DNA from: Candidatus Bathyarchaeia archaeon
GTDB lineage: Archaea; Thermoproteota; Bathyarchaeia; Bathyarchaeales; Bathycorpusculaceae
NCBI GenBank assembly: GCA_038727135.1
Contig: JAVYWL010000003.1
Coordinates: forward strand, 128,001 to 192,000
Length of the DNA stretch: 64,000 nucleotides
Direction of reading: 5' to 3'
The notes beneath the pieces are model-generated. The model was not told the origin of the DNA and did not search any database. It saw nothing but the letters and a program-made list of their open reading frames with translations. Shown here one piece after another: positions 30,100 to 39,573 of the stretch. The stretch's first letter is position 1. Each line of letters opens with the position of its first letter. A program made the translations under genes and the position numbers.

Positions 30100-30102
30100 G
30101 TA

Positions 30103-30468
30103 TTAAAGTCCTTTTTCATAGACCCCTTCAACACCGAGTGTTAATTCCTTAAAAACGCAAATATGCTTCACATTCTTAGGCAAAACAAAGCACTGATCTG
30201 CTATCACAGTTTCTCTTTGACCATTTTCAAATATTAATTCCATTTTCCCACGAAGAATTAACATAAAAACATCTCGAGGGTTCTCATGAAATTCGCAATG
30301 GACTTTACTTTCTAAAGTTTTTCCAGCAAAAACATAAAGTTTGAAACCATCTGCCTCACCAATTTCAACAAACTCATCTGCACTTTCGCCCTTCACAATT
30401 TTTGCTTCAGCCAACCTCTTTGCTTGTTGTAAAGCTTCACTTAAATTGACGATCCTTAACAACAACAA
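30103..30468 (-). CDS. cupin-domain protein
   Basis: EFHE...FMLILRGKM...PKNVKH. Confidence 0.75.
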   Translation of the reverse strand: MLLLRIVNLSEALQQAKRLAEAKIVKGESADEFVEIGEADGFKLYVFAGKTLESKVHCEFHENPRDVFMLILRGKMELIFENGQRETVIADQCFVLPKNVKHICVFKELTLGVEGVYEKGL

Positions 30469-30516
30469 TCACGCTCATCGTAATTTCCGCGAATTAGTTT
30501 AAAAAAGAATCGGAGC

Positions 30517-30835
30517 GGCGGTGGGTCACTGAGGTTCGACGCCCAGAATCCAACCACTCCCCCAAACCCTACACTCGTACCCGCACCCCCTTGAGCGCCG
30601 AACGTCCAGGCTTAGGTTGCTCCCTCCCGGGCCTAGCCCGGTTCACCTGGCAAACACCGGAACAGGCTTCCCTACGGAAGCCGCCCAGCGACCGCCAGCC
30701 CCAAGGGACGGGTAGTCACGGCTTCGGAAGTGGGGTTGCGGATGGCCACGGGCGCCTCAGCCTCAGCTTTCGGCCCGTCATATAGAGGGTTTACGGTACA
30801 GGGGACCCCTAGCCCCCCGCCTAAGACCCACCGCC
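30517..30835 (-). ncRNA. ffs: archaeal signal recognition particle (7S) RNA
   Basis: GC-rich 319 nt closed by an 11-bp helix 1 (GGCGGUGGGUC/GACCCACCGCC), Alu-like 5' domain and helix 8 motif AGGCCC-GGGA-GGGAGCA; TTTTATA box upstream. Confidence 0.95.
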
Positions 30836-30859
30836 AAACATTCATGAGCAAAACAAAAC

Positions 30860-31195
30860 CTATAAAACTTTACCTTTCACTCGTACACCGTTTTTTAAAA
30901 TGTTTGTCTGCATGTTTTTGGGCAGACTTTCAAGTTCAACCATGTCTACTGGCACACCAAGTTCAAGTTCCAATTTTGCATTTAAATCCAGGAGTTCTTC
31001 AAAACTTAGTTTTGGGTTTGAGCTTATGCAAAGGTCTATGTCCCTCACATAATCCCTAGTGGTTAGGCTTCCGAAAATTATTGCAAGCTTTATCCGTTTA
31101 TTTCGTGCCACAAACCCTTTGATTTTTCTGATGATTTCTTCCTTTTCTTTTTGGCTAAACTTGTAAAGTCTTATCTGGTCATAGTTTGATTGCAT
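30860..31195 (-). CDS. minimal nucleotidyltransferase (MNT) antitoxin
   Basis: IFGS...DIDL; overlaps the HEPN gene. Confidence 0.88.
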   Translation of the reverse strand: MQSNYDQIRLYKFSQKEKEEIIRKIKGFVARNKRIKLAIIFGSLTTRDYVRDIDLCISSNPKLSFEELLDLNAKLELELGVPVDMVELESLPKNMQTNILKNGVRVKGKVL

Positions 31196-31604
31196 ACCTA
31201 TCCCTCACGCTTTTTAAAAAATTGTCAACAGCCTTGAAATCGCCCTTAACAGCGTTGTATACTTGATTGTCGTCTATTATCCAATAACGATGAACCAGCA
31301 GGTTTCTTAAACGCACTATAGCCGTTAAATCTTTAGCGCAATCGCAGATGCCCTCCTCCTCTAATATTTTGAAGCACTGCGAGTAAGAGCTGGGGGTGCG
31401 GTTAAGGTCTTCCGTCGCTATTTGAAAGCATAAACCTCCTAAAGCTTCAGCAAGAACTATAATATGGTAGCGGATGGCATATTTTTCATTAAGGCTTAAC
31501 TCGGCATATGGCTTTGAGGTTAAACGTTTCAATTCATTTATTGTTTCAAGAATTTCGACGATTCTCTGCTTTATATGCTCAATGTTTACAGGCATCTCGA
31601 TCAA
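31179..31604 (-). CDS. HEPN (DUF86/HepT-like) RNase toxin
   Basis: RNLLVHRY matches Rx4HxY. Confidence 0.88.
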   Translation of the reverse strand: MIEMPVNIEHIKQRIVEILETINELKRLTSKPYAELSLNEKYAIRYHIIVLAEALGGLCFQIATEDLNRTPSSYSQCFKILEEEGICDCAKDLTAIVRLRNLLVHRYWIIDDNQVYNAVKGDFKAVDNFLKSVRDRYAIKL

Positions 31605-31662
31605 CAGAAAATAAACTTAAAAGATGGTAATAACGTTATTTGCTGTAAGCCTTTTAATAACA

Positions 31663-31983
31663 CTATTGAAGGCTGCTGTTCAGCCATTCCATGTATGGTT
31701 TGAAGCCTTCCACTATTGGCAGTGCTATTATTTCTGGCACTTGGTAGCTGTGGAGGGCTTTCACTTTCTCAGCGAGCTTGTTGAATAGGTCTTTTCTTGT
31801 TTTCATGAGGATCAGGTATTCTTGGGCCGTGTCGATTTTGTCTTGCCACCAGAAGAGCGAGTGGATTGGTCCTATTATGTTGGCGCATGCAATTAGCCTT
31901 TCAGCCAATAGTGCGTGTGCAATTTTTTCTGCTTCTTCTCTGCTTGATGTTGTGGTTAAGACGATTATGTGGTTGTTATCCAA
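31663..31983 (-). CDS. cutA: divalent-cation tolerance protein CutA
   Basis: LIACAN, SLFWW, MKT, HSYQVPEI; start refined to TTG 31983. Confidence 0.93.
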   Translation of the reverse strand: MDNNHIIVLTTTSSREEAEKIAHALLAERLIACANIIGPIHSLFWWQDKIDTAQEYLILMKTRKDLFNKLAEKVKALHSYQVPEIIALPIVEGFKPYMEWLNSSLQ

Positions 31984-32079
31984 TTTTGGTTCTCCATTTC
32001 TTGTTGTGCGAAGGGAAGTCATTTATTTTGATTAGGAGAACTTGTTTTAAGGCTTTAGAGGTTGTTGGCGGTGGGTTGA

Positions 32080-33045
32080 ATGGCGAAAACAATAGGCGTA
32101 GTTACAAGCGGCGGTGATGCTCCGGGGATGAATGCAGCTATTAGGGCGGTCACACGTTTGGCTAGTGCCTTGGGTTTTAGGGTATTGGGTTTTGAAAGAG
32201 GCTGGGAAGGCTTAATCAACAATCGTTTTAGGCTTTTGACGCCGCGTTCTGTTGGTGGAATAATACAGTTGGGCGGAACTATTCTTTTGACTTCGCGTTG
32301 TCCAGAGTTTAAAACGCGGGAAGGTATTAGAAAGGCTGCCGAAAACCTTGCCGCCGACAATGTGGATGGGCTTGTTGTTATTGGTGGGGATGGCTCTTTC
32401 AGGGGCGCCTTAGAACTTAGCCGTGAAACAGACGTCTTAATTGTCGGGGTTCCAGCCACCATAGATAATGATGTTTATGGTTCGGATGAGACGATTGGTT
32501 TTGACACGGCTGTTAATACGGCAGTAGCTGAAATTGACAAGATTAGGGACACAGCCATATCCCATGAAAGAGTCTTCGTTGTAGAAGTTATGGGCCGCCG
32601 AAGAGGATTTTTGGCTTTGACTGTAGGCTTAACTGTTGGCGCCGAAGTCATTTTGGTCCCAGAAGTCCCAATAAACATGGATGAAATTTTTAGAACTGTG
32701 AAGGAGAACGCAGCCAAGGGTAAACGGTCTGGCATAATTGTGGCAGCTGAAGGCGTCGGCGACACCCGCAAAATCGCCGAAGAAATTGAGGCCAACACAG
32801 GAGCAGAAGTGCGGTTAAGCATTGTTGGTTATGCACAGCGGGGCGGAAGCCCAACCGCCAGAAGCCGCCTACTGGCAAGCCTATTCGCAGAAGAAGCAGT
32901 CCAACTAATCATGCAAGGTGTTGGAAAACGTGTGGTCGGATTACAGAAAGGCCTAATTACAAACATAAGCCTAGAAGAAACATGCAAAAACCAAAAAACC
33001 CTAGACACGAGACTCTTGAAACTGGCGAAAACACTAGCAACATAA
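32080..33045 (+). CDS. pfkA: ATP-dependent 6-phosphofructokinase
   Basis: TSGGDAPGMN, GGDGS, PATIDND, EVMGR, QRGG. Confidence 0.93.
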   Translation: MAKTIGVVTSGGDAPGMNAAIRAVTRLASALGFRVLGFERGWEGLINNRFRLLTPRSVGGIIQLGGTILLTSRCPEFKTREGIRKAAENLAADNVDGLVVIGGDGSFRGALELSRETDVLIVGVPATIDNDVYGSDETIGFDTAVNTAVAEIDKIRDTAISHERVFVVEVMGRRRGFLALTVGLTVGAEVILVPEVPINMDEIFRTVKENAAKGKRSGIIVAAEGVGDTRKIAEEIEANTGAEVRLSIVGYAQRGGSPTARSRLLASLFAEEAVQLIMQGVGKRVVGLQKGLITNISLEETCKNQKTLDTRLLKLAKTLAT

Positions 33046-33149
33046 CACTTAAAACTCAACATTTAAGAAATTGATGTCCTTTTTTAGCTTTATGAAAATC
33101 GTAGAAAGATAGAAGAGCCAGCTTTCGGAGGTTCTTCGGCGAGAAATGG

Positions 33150-36143
33150 ATGGCGGAGATGATGACGATTCAAGATTTGGAGAAGTCGAGTGTTGACGAA
33201 AGTTTAGGCTGGGCTCTGCCGAGCACTGAAGAATTTTTAACTTTGCCGGTCAAGGATCTTCTTTCACGCTTAAAGACTTCGTTGAATGGACTTTCCTCAG
33301 AAGAGGTGGAAAGGCGTCTTGAAGTTTTTGGCTATAATGAGCTTGTTAGGAGAAAGAGGAGAACAATTGTCATTGATTTTCTTTCCCATTTCAAAAGTCC
33401 GTTGATAATAATTCTTCTTATCGCTGGGCTGGTTTCCGGCTTTTTTGGAGAGGTTATAAATGCAACTATTATATTTGTTATTGTTACGTTCAGCGTAGTC
33501 TTAGACTTTTATCAAGAATCTAAGGCTGAAAGAGCCGCTGAAATGCTGAAGCAGAGGGTGGCGACAACAGCCACGGTTTTGAGAGACGGAGTTAAAAAAG
33601 AGGTTAGGCTTGCGGAGATAGTTCCTGGAGACATCATATTTCTTTCAGCAGGAGACATTGTGCCTGCAGACGCCCGAGTTATAAATGCAAAAGACTTGTT
33701 CGTGAACCAGTCTGCATTGACTGGTGAATCTTTCCCCGTTGAGAAAACAGGCTTACCGCTGAAAACTTTCGACCCTTCGATAACGGAGTGGAGCAACTAT
33801 CTTTTTATGGGCACTTCTGTTGTAAGCGGGACGGTAACCGCCGTTGTCGTTAAAACCGGCAGCCATACAGAGTATGGAAAAATCGCCAAGAGACTTGTGG
33901 AAAAGGAGCCTGAAACAGAATTTCAGAGGGGTATCCGAAGTTTTGGTTACATGATAATGCAAGTGACTTTTCTACTGGTCCTTTTTGTGTTTTTCATTAA
34001 CGCACTTTACATGCGGAGCGTGCTTGATTCGCTTCTTTTTGCTGTGGCTTTGGCTGTGGGCTTGACGCCGGAGCTTCTGCCAATGATCATCTCGGTGAAC
34101 CTCTCTAAAGGGGCGGTGTTGATGGCTAAGAAGGGGGTCATCGTGAAACGCCTGGCAGCCATACAAAATTTTGGAAGCATGGACGTTCTATGCACGGACA
34201 AAACTGGGACTTTGACGGAAAACCTGATAAAGCTTGTTCTGCACGTGGACCTTTACGGCAACGAAAGCGATAAGGTTCTGCTTTACTCCTACCTAAACAG
34301 CTATTACCAGACTGGAATTAAAAGCCCCTTAGATGAGGCCATACTAAGATTTAGGGACGTGGATGTTAAGGGTTATAGGAAAGTTGATGAGGTCCCTTTT
34401 GATTTTGTCCGTAAACGTCTCTCCGTTGTTGTCGAGTATCAAAATCAACGGTTTATGATCACTAAGGGTGCTCCTGAGGAGGTTGCTAAGGTCTGCTCTT
34501 ATTACGAGGTTGGGGAGGTTATAGCTGACATAACTGATGAAGTGCGCAGAAATATCGAGCAAAAATATGTTGAGCTTAGCTCTGAGGGCTACAGGGTTTT
34601 AGCCGTATCCTACAAGCGTTTAAGGGAGGACAAACCCGTCTACACGGCAGGCGACGAAACGGAAATGGTGTTTTTAGGCTTCATAGCTTTCCTCGACCCG
34701 CCAAAAGAAACAGCGAAAGAAGCCCTACAGCTTCTTAAAAACGCCAGCATAGAGCTGAAAATTCTCACAGGCGACAATGAACTGGTAACAAGAAAAGTTT
34801 GTGAACACTTAGGCTTCGACATAAAAGGAGTTGTCGCAGGAAGCGAAATTGCCCAAATGCACGACGACGCCCTCGCAAGAGTCGTCGAGGAGGCCAACGT
34901 TTTCTGTAGGGTTACACCAGCCCAGAAAGACAGAATAATAAACGCTTTAAAAAACAATGGGCACGTCGTTGGATTCTTAGGTGATGGAATAAACGATGCA
35001 CCTTCGCTGAAAACGGCAGACGTTGGCATATCCGTCGAAAACGCCGTTGACGTTGCAAAAGAGTCTGCCGACATAATTCTTTTGCAGAACGATTTACGGG
35101 TGCTCCATGACGGGGTTTTGGAGGGTAGGAAAACTTTCGGCAACACCATGAAATATGTTATGATGGGTGTGAGCTCAAACTTTGGAAACATGTTCAGCGT
35201 AGCTGGAGCATCATTGTTTCTGCCATTTCTGCCCATGCTTCCCATACAAATACTACTTAACAATCTTCTTTACGACTTTTCCCAATCAACAATACCTACA
35301 GACGAGGTTGATCAAGAATACATTGAGAAGCCTAAAAGGTGGGACATTCACTTCATTAGACGGTTTATGGTGTGCCTTGGGCCTGTCAGCTCCATATTTG
35401 ACTTCCTAACATTCTTTATAATGCTTTTCATCTTTAACGCTTCTGAGCCGCTGTTTCAAACCGCCTGGTTCATCGAATCCCTAACCTCACAGACCCTTGT
35501 AATTTTTGCCATTAGAACAAAGAAGTCGCCCTTCTGGAAAAGTAAGCCGAGTCGACTTTTGCTTCTCAGCAGCATATCAATAATAACATTTGCGCTGATA
35601 ATTCCTTACACTCCATTAGGAGAAATTTTCAGATTCGTAAAGCCTCCAGCAACCTTTTATATAGCATTAGCCGCAATTCTCGGCGCCTATATAGCCCTAG
35701 TCGAGGTCGTCAAAAGCTGGTTTTACAAGAGGTATGGCTACCGCCTAGAACAAATCTTAATTCCGCCCAAGAAGATGGGGATATACCTCACCAAAACTGC
35801 AAAGCTCATTCAAAATGTTATAGCCGTCATCTGTCTACGTTCAGAGGACGAAATAACAGTTGACTCCCTCCTAGAAGACTTAGAAAGAAGCATGGAATAC
35901 CCACTCGACTATCACCAAGTAGGCCACACAATTCAACATTTGAAACGCGCAAGCCTCATAAACTTTGAGTGGCGCCAAAAGACAATCAAACGGGAAAAAC
36001 CACTAAAAGAATACGTTACAAAACAGTTGATAACCAGCGAACTATGGCCAAAAATAGCACAAGAATGGCATAAAATCAGCAAAATTATCAAAGAAAAACA
36101 TGGAAAAGTGAACCCGGAATACCAAGAACTCCTACATTTGTAA
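33150..36143 (+). CDS. mgtA: Mg2+-transporting P-type ATPase with C-terminal extension
   Basis: TGES, LTPELLP, DKTGT, GDGINDAP, SSNFGNMFS, NLLYD. Confidence 0.92.
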   Translation: MAEMMTIQDLEKSSVDESLGWALPSTEEFLTLPVKDLLSRLKTSLNGLSSEEVERRLEVFGYNELVRRKRRTIVIDFLSHFKSPLIIILLIAGLVSGFFGEVINATIIFVIVTFSVVLDFYQESKAERAAEMLKQRVATTATVLRDGVKKEVRLAEIVPGDIIFLSAGDIVPADARVINAKDLFVNQSALTGESFPVEKTGLPLKTFDPSITEWSNYLFMGTSVVSGTVTAVVVKTGSHTEYGKIAKRLVEKEPETEFQRGIRSFGYMIMQVTFLLVLFVFFINALYMRSVLDSLLFAVALAVGLTPELLPMIISVNLSKGAVLMAKKGVIVKRLAAIQNFGSMDVLCTDKTGTLTENLIKLVLHVDLYGNESDKVLLYSYLNSYYQTGIKSPLDEAILRFRDVDVKGYRKVDEVPFDFVRKRLSVVVEYQNQRFMITKGAPEEVAKVCSYYEVGEVIADITDEVRRNIEQKYVELSSEGYRVLAVSYKRLREDKPVYTAGDETEMVFLGFIAFLDPPKETAKEALQLLKNASIELKILTGDNELVTRKVCEHLGFDIKGVVAGSEIAQMHDDALARVVEEANVFCRVTPAQKDRIINALKNNGHVVGFLGDGINDAPSLKTADVGISVENAVDVAKESADIILLQNDLRVLHDGVLEGRKTFGNTMKYVMMGVSSNFGNMFSVAGASLFLPFLPMLPIQILLNNLLYDFSQSTIPTDEVDQEYIEKPKRWDIHFIRRFMVCLGPVSSIFDFLTFFIMLFIFNASEPLFQTAWFIESLTSQTLVIFAIRTKKSPFWKSKPSRLLLLSSISIITFALIIPYTPLGEIFRFVKPPATFYIALAAILGAYIALVEVVKSWFYKRYGYRLEQILIPPKKMGIYLTKTAKLIQNVIAVICLRSEDEITVDSLLEDLERSMEYPLDYHQVGHTIQHLKRASLINFEWRQKTIKREKPLKEYVTKQLITSELWPKIAQEWHKISKIIKEKHGKVNPEYQELLHL

Positions 36144-36209
36144 GAACTTCAGGACAGCCCATAACTGCAATTATTTTTCGTGTTGTTTGTCATTGGCGAT
36201 GGAAAATGT

Positions 36210-37238
36210 TCAACCGAAGAAGACGCTGGCAAGTTCATAAAGTTCAATGTCAACTGTTTTCCTTTTGCCAACAACGTCTTTAAGCGGCACCGGCACTATT
36301 TGGTTTCCTTTAAGCGCCACCATGTAGTCAAACTTTCCTTCGTGGGCTAGGTCTACTGCTGCTACGCCGAATCTTGTGGCTAGTATGCGGTCAAAGGCTA
36401 TTGGTGAGCCGCCACGCTGCAAGTGTCCCAAAACGACTACTCGGGTTTCTATTCCGGTTCGCTGTTCAATCTCCTTAGCCAAATAGTAGCCTATTCCGCC
36501 TAGGCTTATGTGGCCAAACTCGTCTATGCGTTCGCTGTAGACTATTTCTTTTCCGCCCTTTGGTTTGGCCCCTTCAGCCACCACTATTAGGCTGAAGTTT
36601 CTTCCCCGCTTTTGCCTCCGCCTAATGTATTCGCAGACCTCGTCTATGTCGAAGGGCTTTTCCGGTATTAGAATGGCGTCTGCCCCGCCAGCTAGTCCGG
36701 CTGCTAGGGCTATGTGTCCCGTGTAGCGTCCCATAACTTCTAGAATTATGACTCGGTTGTGGGCTTCTGCTGTGCTATGGAGCTTGTCTAGGGCCTCTGT
36801 TGCTATGGCTACAGCCGTGTGAAAACCAAAAGTGTAGTCTGTTTCCACCAAGTCATTATCTATCGTTTTTGGAACGCCGACGCATTTAAGCCCATAATCA
36901 GCCATCTTGTGGGCAACACTTAAGGTGTCGTCTCCACCGATGGCTATAACCGCGTCTAAACCGGCTTTTCTAGCGTTTTCCATTATTTGTTCCGGTCCAC
37001 CCTCACGCTTGAAGGGGTTAGTCCTAGAAGTGCCGAGGATTGAGCCGCCTCTTGGAAGTATGCCCGCAACAGCCTCAAAGTCCAATGGAACCAATTTGGC
37101 TTCCAGTAGCCCACGCCAGCCTTCCTTTATGCCTATTATCTCGTCTCCGTATGTCTGTATTCCCCGCCTAACAACAGCCCTTATAACGGCGTTTATTCCC
37201 GGAGCGTCTCCCCCACCACTTAATACGCCTATTCGCAT
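36210..37238 (-). CDS. PfkA-family phosphofructokinase, probable PPi-dependent type
   Basis: GGGDAPGIN, GGDD, PKTIDND; start refined to ATG 37238 behind AGGAGG. Confidence 0.88.
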   Translation of the reverse strand: MRIGVLSGGGDAPGINAVIRAVVRRGIQTYGDEIIGIKEGWRGLLEAKLVPLDFEAVAGILPRGGSILGTSRTNPFKREGGPEQIMENARKAGLDAVIAIGGDDTLSVAHKMADYGLKCVGVPKTIDNDLVETDYTFGFHTAVAIATEALDKLHSTAEAHNRVIILEVMGRYTGHIALAAGLAGGADAILIPEKPFDIDEVCEYIRRRQKRGRNFSLIVVAEGAKPKGGKEIVYSERIDEFGHISLGGIGYYLAKEIEQRTGIETRVVVLGHLQRGGSPIAFDRILATRFGVAAVDLAHEGKFDYMVALKGNQIVPVPLKDVVGKRKTVDIELYELASVFFG

Positions 37239-37260
37239 CTTGCTCCTCCTCCAAATCATT

Positions 37261-38178
37261 TTATGCTTTTCCGGAACTTCCAAAAAGGCGCATCTTCGCC
37301 TTAACAACCTCTTTCATGACTTCCTTCGCTGGTCCCAAGATTTTTCTGGGGTCAAACTCTTTCGGCGAGTTTGCCAAGACCTCACGGACCGTTGCTGTAA
37401 AAGCCAGTCTCAAGTCTGTGTCTATGTTTATCTTTGTTATTCCAAGCGAAATCGCCTTTCTGATATGCTCTTCTGGTATGCCCTTTGCCCCGGACAGTTC
37501 TGCGCCGTATTTCGTTGCTTTTTCAATTATCCATTGGGGTACGCTGGATGCGCCGTGCAGCACTAGCGGCACTTTAACCCTTTCACGTATCTGCTTTAAT
37601 CTTTCAAAGTCCAATTGGGGTTCGCCCTTAAACTTGTAGGCGCCATGAGAAGTGCCAATGGAAACAGCCAAAGCATCCACGCCTGTCCTTTTCACAAACT
37701 CTTCGGCTTCCTTCGGATCTGTTAGGACGGCTTCCCTTTCCTCAACCGTTTTTTCTTCGACACCTGCAAGTCTTCCAAGTTCGCCTTCAACTGAAACGCC
37801 CTTTTGATGGGCTACGTCTACGACACGCTTTGTTAGGGCAACGTTCTCCTCAAAGGGCAAGTGGGAGCCGTCAATCATAACAGACGTAAAGCCTGCCTCC
37901 AAACATTTTTTGACTGTTTCCAAGTCCTCTCCATGGTCAAGGTGCAAAGACATAGGCACAGGCGTGGTTTCAGCTGCCGTTTTTACAAGCCTTGCCAAAT
38001 AGTTTAATCCACCATATTTTATGGCGCTTGGAGTTACAGCCACGATTACTGGCGATTTTTCTTCGGCTGCGGCTTCCACAACTGCCAGTAGACTTTCAAG
38101 GTTTTGGATGTTAAAGGCTCCAATTGCGTAAGCCTCTTTTTGGGCTTTTAGAAGCAGCTCTTTGTTAGTGACGAGCAT
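37261..38178 (-). CDS. fba: class II fructose-bisphosphate aldolase
   Basis: HLDH, SVMIDGS, GTSHGAYK, LVLHGAS, KINIDTD; start refined to ATG 38178. Confidence 0.95.
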   Translation of the reverse strand: MLVTNKELLLKAQKEAYAIGAFNIQNLESLLAVVEAAAEEKSPVIVAVTPSAIKYGGLNYLARLVKTAAETTPVPMSLHLDHGEDLETVKKCLEAGFTSVMIDGSHLPFEENVALTKRVVDVAHQKGVSVEGELGRLAGVEEKTVEEREAVLTDPKEAEEFVKRTGVDALAVSIGTSHGAYKFKGEPQLDFERLKQIRERVKVPLVLHGASSVPQWIIEKATKYGAELSGAKGIPEEHIRKAISLGITKINIDTDLRLAFTATVREVLANSPKEFDPRKILGPAKEVMKEVVKAKMRLFGSSGKA

Positions 38179-38368
38179 AGATTTCACTGCCAGTGATATT
38201 TTACAGCCAAAGATATAAAGCATTTACAGATTGCTGAGCTGGATTTGGCGTATTTAGCCGAAATTAAGATTCAAAACATTGTTCCATCTTCGAAGCCGAT
38301 TGTAGGAAAAGTTTATTCTACCACAAATGCATCTTAAGGCTTGAAACCCATCAAAGCCTGGTGGTAAG

Positions 38369-39271
38369 TTGGGTGAAGGCGGCTTCAAGGCTGGATTAAT
38401 TCATCTTGCTCCCGTGTTGGCAAGCTTGCTCGTTGGGGTTTTATGCGCTTATCTCTTGTTTGCTTCTCCAATTGAGCTTTACAGTGTTACTCCGTTCTCG
38501 GAAGATCCGGCTGGCTCTGTTGGAAACGCCTTATACTTTGTTGTACTGGTTGGGGTTGGCGCCACAATTTTGTTTTTCCTATTGAAAAGGAAAAGGGATA
38601 GGCTTATCGCCATTGTTGTTGGTTTCTCTTTAGCCACAGCCGCCTTTCTCCTATCATTTGTTTACTTTTCAGCAGCTCTTGGACTCCTCGGTTTTTCGTT
38701 TATAGAGATTCTGGTTCCCATATCAGCCCTCTTAACGGTGCTTGTTTGTTACACAATTTTTAAGACTCGCAGCAAGGTTGGCGATTTTATCGTGCTTTTG
38801 TTAGGCGGTGCCCTTGGAGCTTTTCTGGGGGCTTGTGTTCCAACTTTAAGCACCGTTCTCATTTTGTGTTTTTTGGCTGTTTATGACGCCTTCGCCGTTT
38901 ATCGCGGACCAGTAGGCAAGATTGCCCGTGAAGGGCTAGAAAAGTTTAGGGGTTTAAGCTTCTCTTTTAGGGACATCCACATGGGGCTTGGCGACTTAAC
39001 CTTTTACTCCATGCTGGCTGGGCACATGCTCATCTATTTTGGTTTACTGCCTTGTCTAGCATCTGCGGTTGGCATTTTGTTAGGCTGCTTTTTGGCTTTC
39101 AAAATGCTTGAGAAGGGCGGAGTTTTTCCAGGATTGCCTTTCCCAATAGCCTTTGGTCTGGTTTTAGGCTTTCTCGCTGTTCTATTTTCTCAGTGGATGG
39201 GGCTCGAGCTTATTGGGCTAGCACTAGGCGCGTGTTGTTTACGTCCACTTCAACTATTTTGCAGTTTTTAA
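38369..39271 (+). CDS. presenilin-family GxGD intramembrane aspartyl protease
   Basis: YD (LAVYDAFAV), GLGD and PAL-like PGLP motifs; about 9 TM helices. Confidence 0.9.
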   Translation: MGEGGFKAGLIHLAPVLASLLVGVLCAYLLFASPIELYSVTPFSEDPAGSVGNALYFVVLVGVGATILFFLLKRKRDRLIAIVVGFSLATAAFLLSFVYFSAALGLLGFSFIEILVPISALLTVLVCYTIFKTRSKVGDFIVLLLGGALGAFLGACVPTLSTVLILCFLAVYDAFAVYRGPVGKIAREGLEKFRGLSFSFRDIHMGLGDLTFYSMLAGHMLIYFGLLPCLASAVGILLGCFLAFKMLEKGGVFPGLPFPIAFGLVLGFLAVLFSQWMGLELIGLALGACCLRPLQLFCSF

Positions 39272-39386
39272 ACTCCATTGTTTGTCCAGAAACATCCTTC
39301 AGTATTACTTTTCCGCCTTCAGCTTTTGCGTAGACAACGTCGTTCCAAACTTCCTCTCCGTTTAGGATTACTTTAAATTCGCACAT
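39210..39386 (-). CDS. cooT: CooT-family nickel-binding protein (58 aa)
   Basis: Below the ORF cutoff: MCEFKVILNGEEVWNDVVYAKAEGGKVILKDVSG...IVEVDV, with Cys2; near the CODH operon. Confidence 0.8.
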   Translation of the reverse strand: MCEFKVILNGEEVWNDVVYAKAEGGKVILKDVSGQTMEFKNCKIVEVDVNNTRLVLAQ

Positions 39387-39573
39387 TATTTTCGCCTTTA
39401 CTGCATTGAGAGAGGAGTGTTTTGCTATATTTTTTGTGGTGGGACTTGGTGATTTTTGATATAGATTTTGGGTTCATAACCCTAATTATGGCTGCCATGT
39501 ATAAGCTAAAGGGTGGTGCGTGAAATTTGACCTTATGGCATGAAATCGAAGACCTTCAAAGAAGAAGGCTGAA

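Noticed and set aside
30591-31059. ORFs 30591-30785 and 30730-31059
   Set aside because: Antisense to the SRP RNA and the MNT gene.
36144-36209. Second C/D-box sRNA on the minus strand
   Set aside because: A CUGA is present but box C is degenerate and there is no C'/D' pair.
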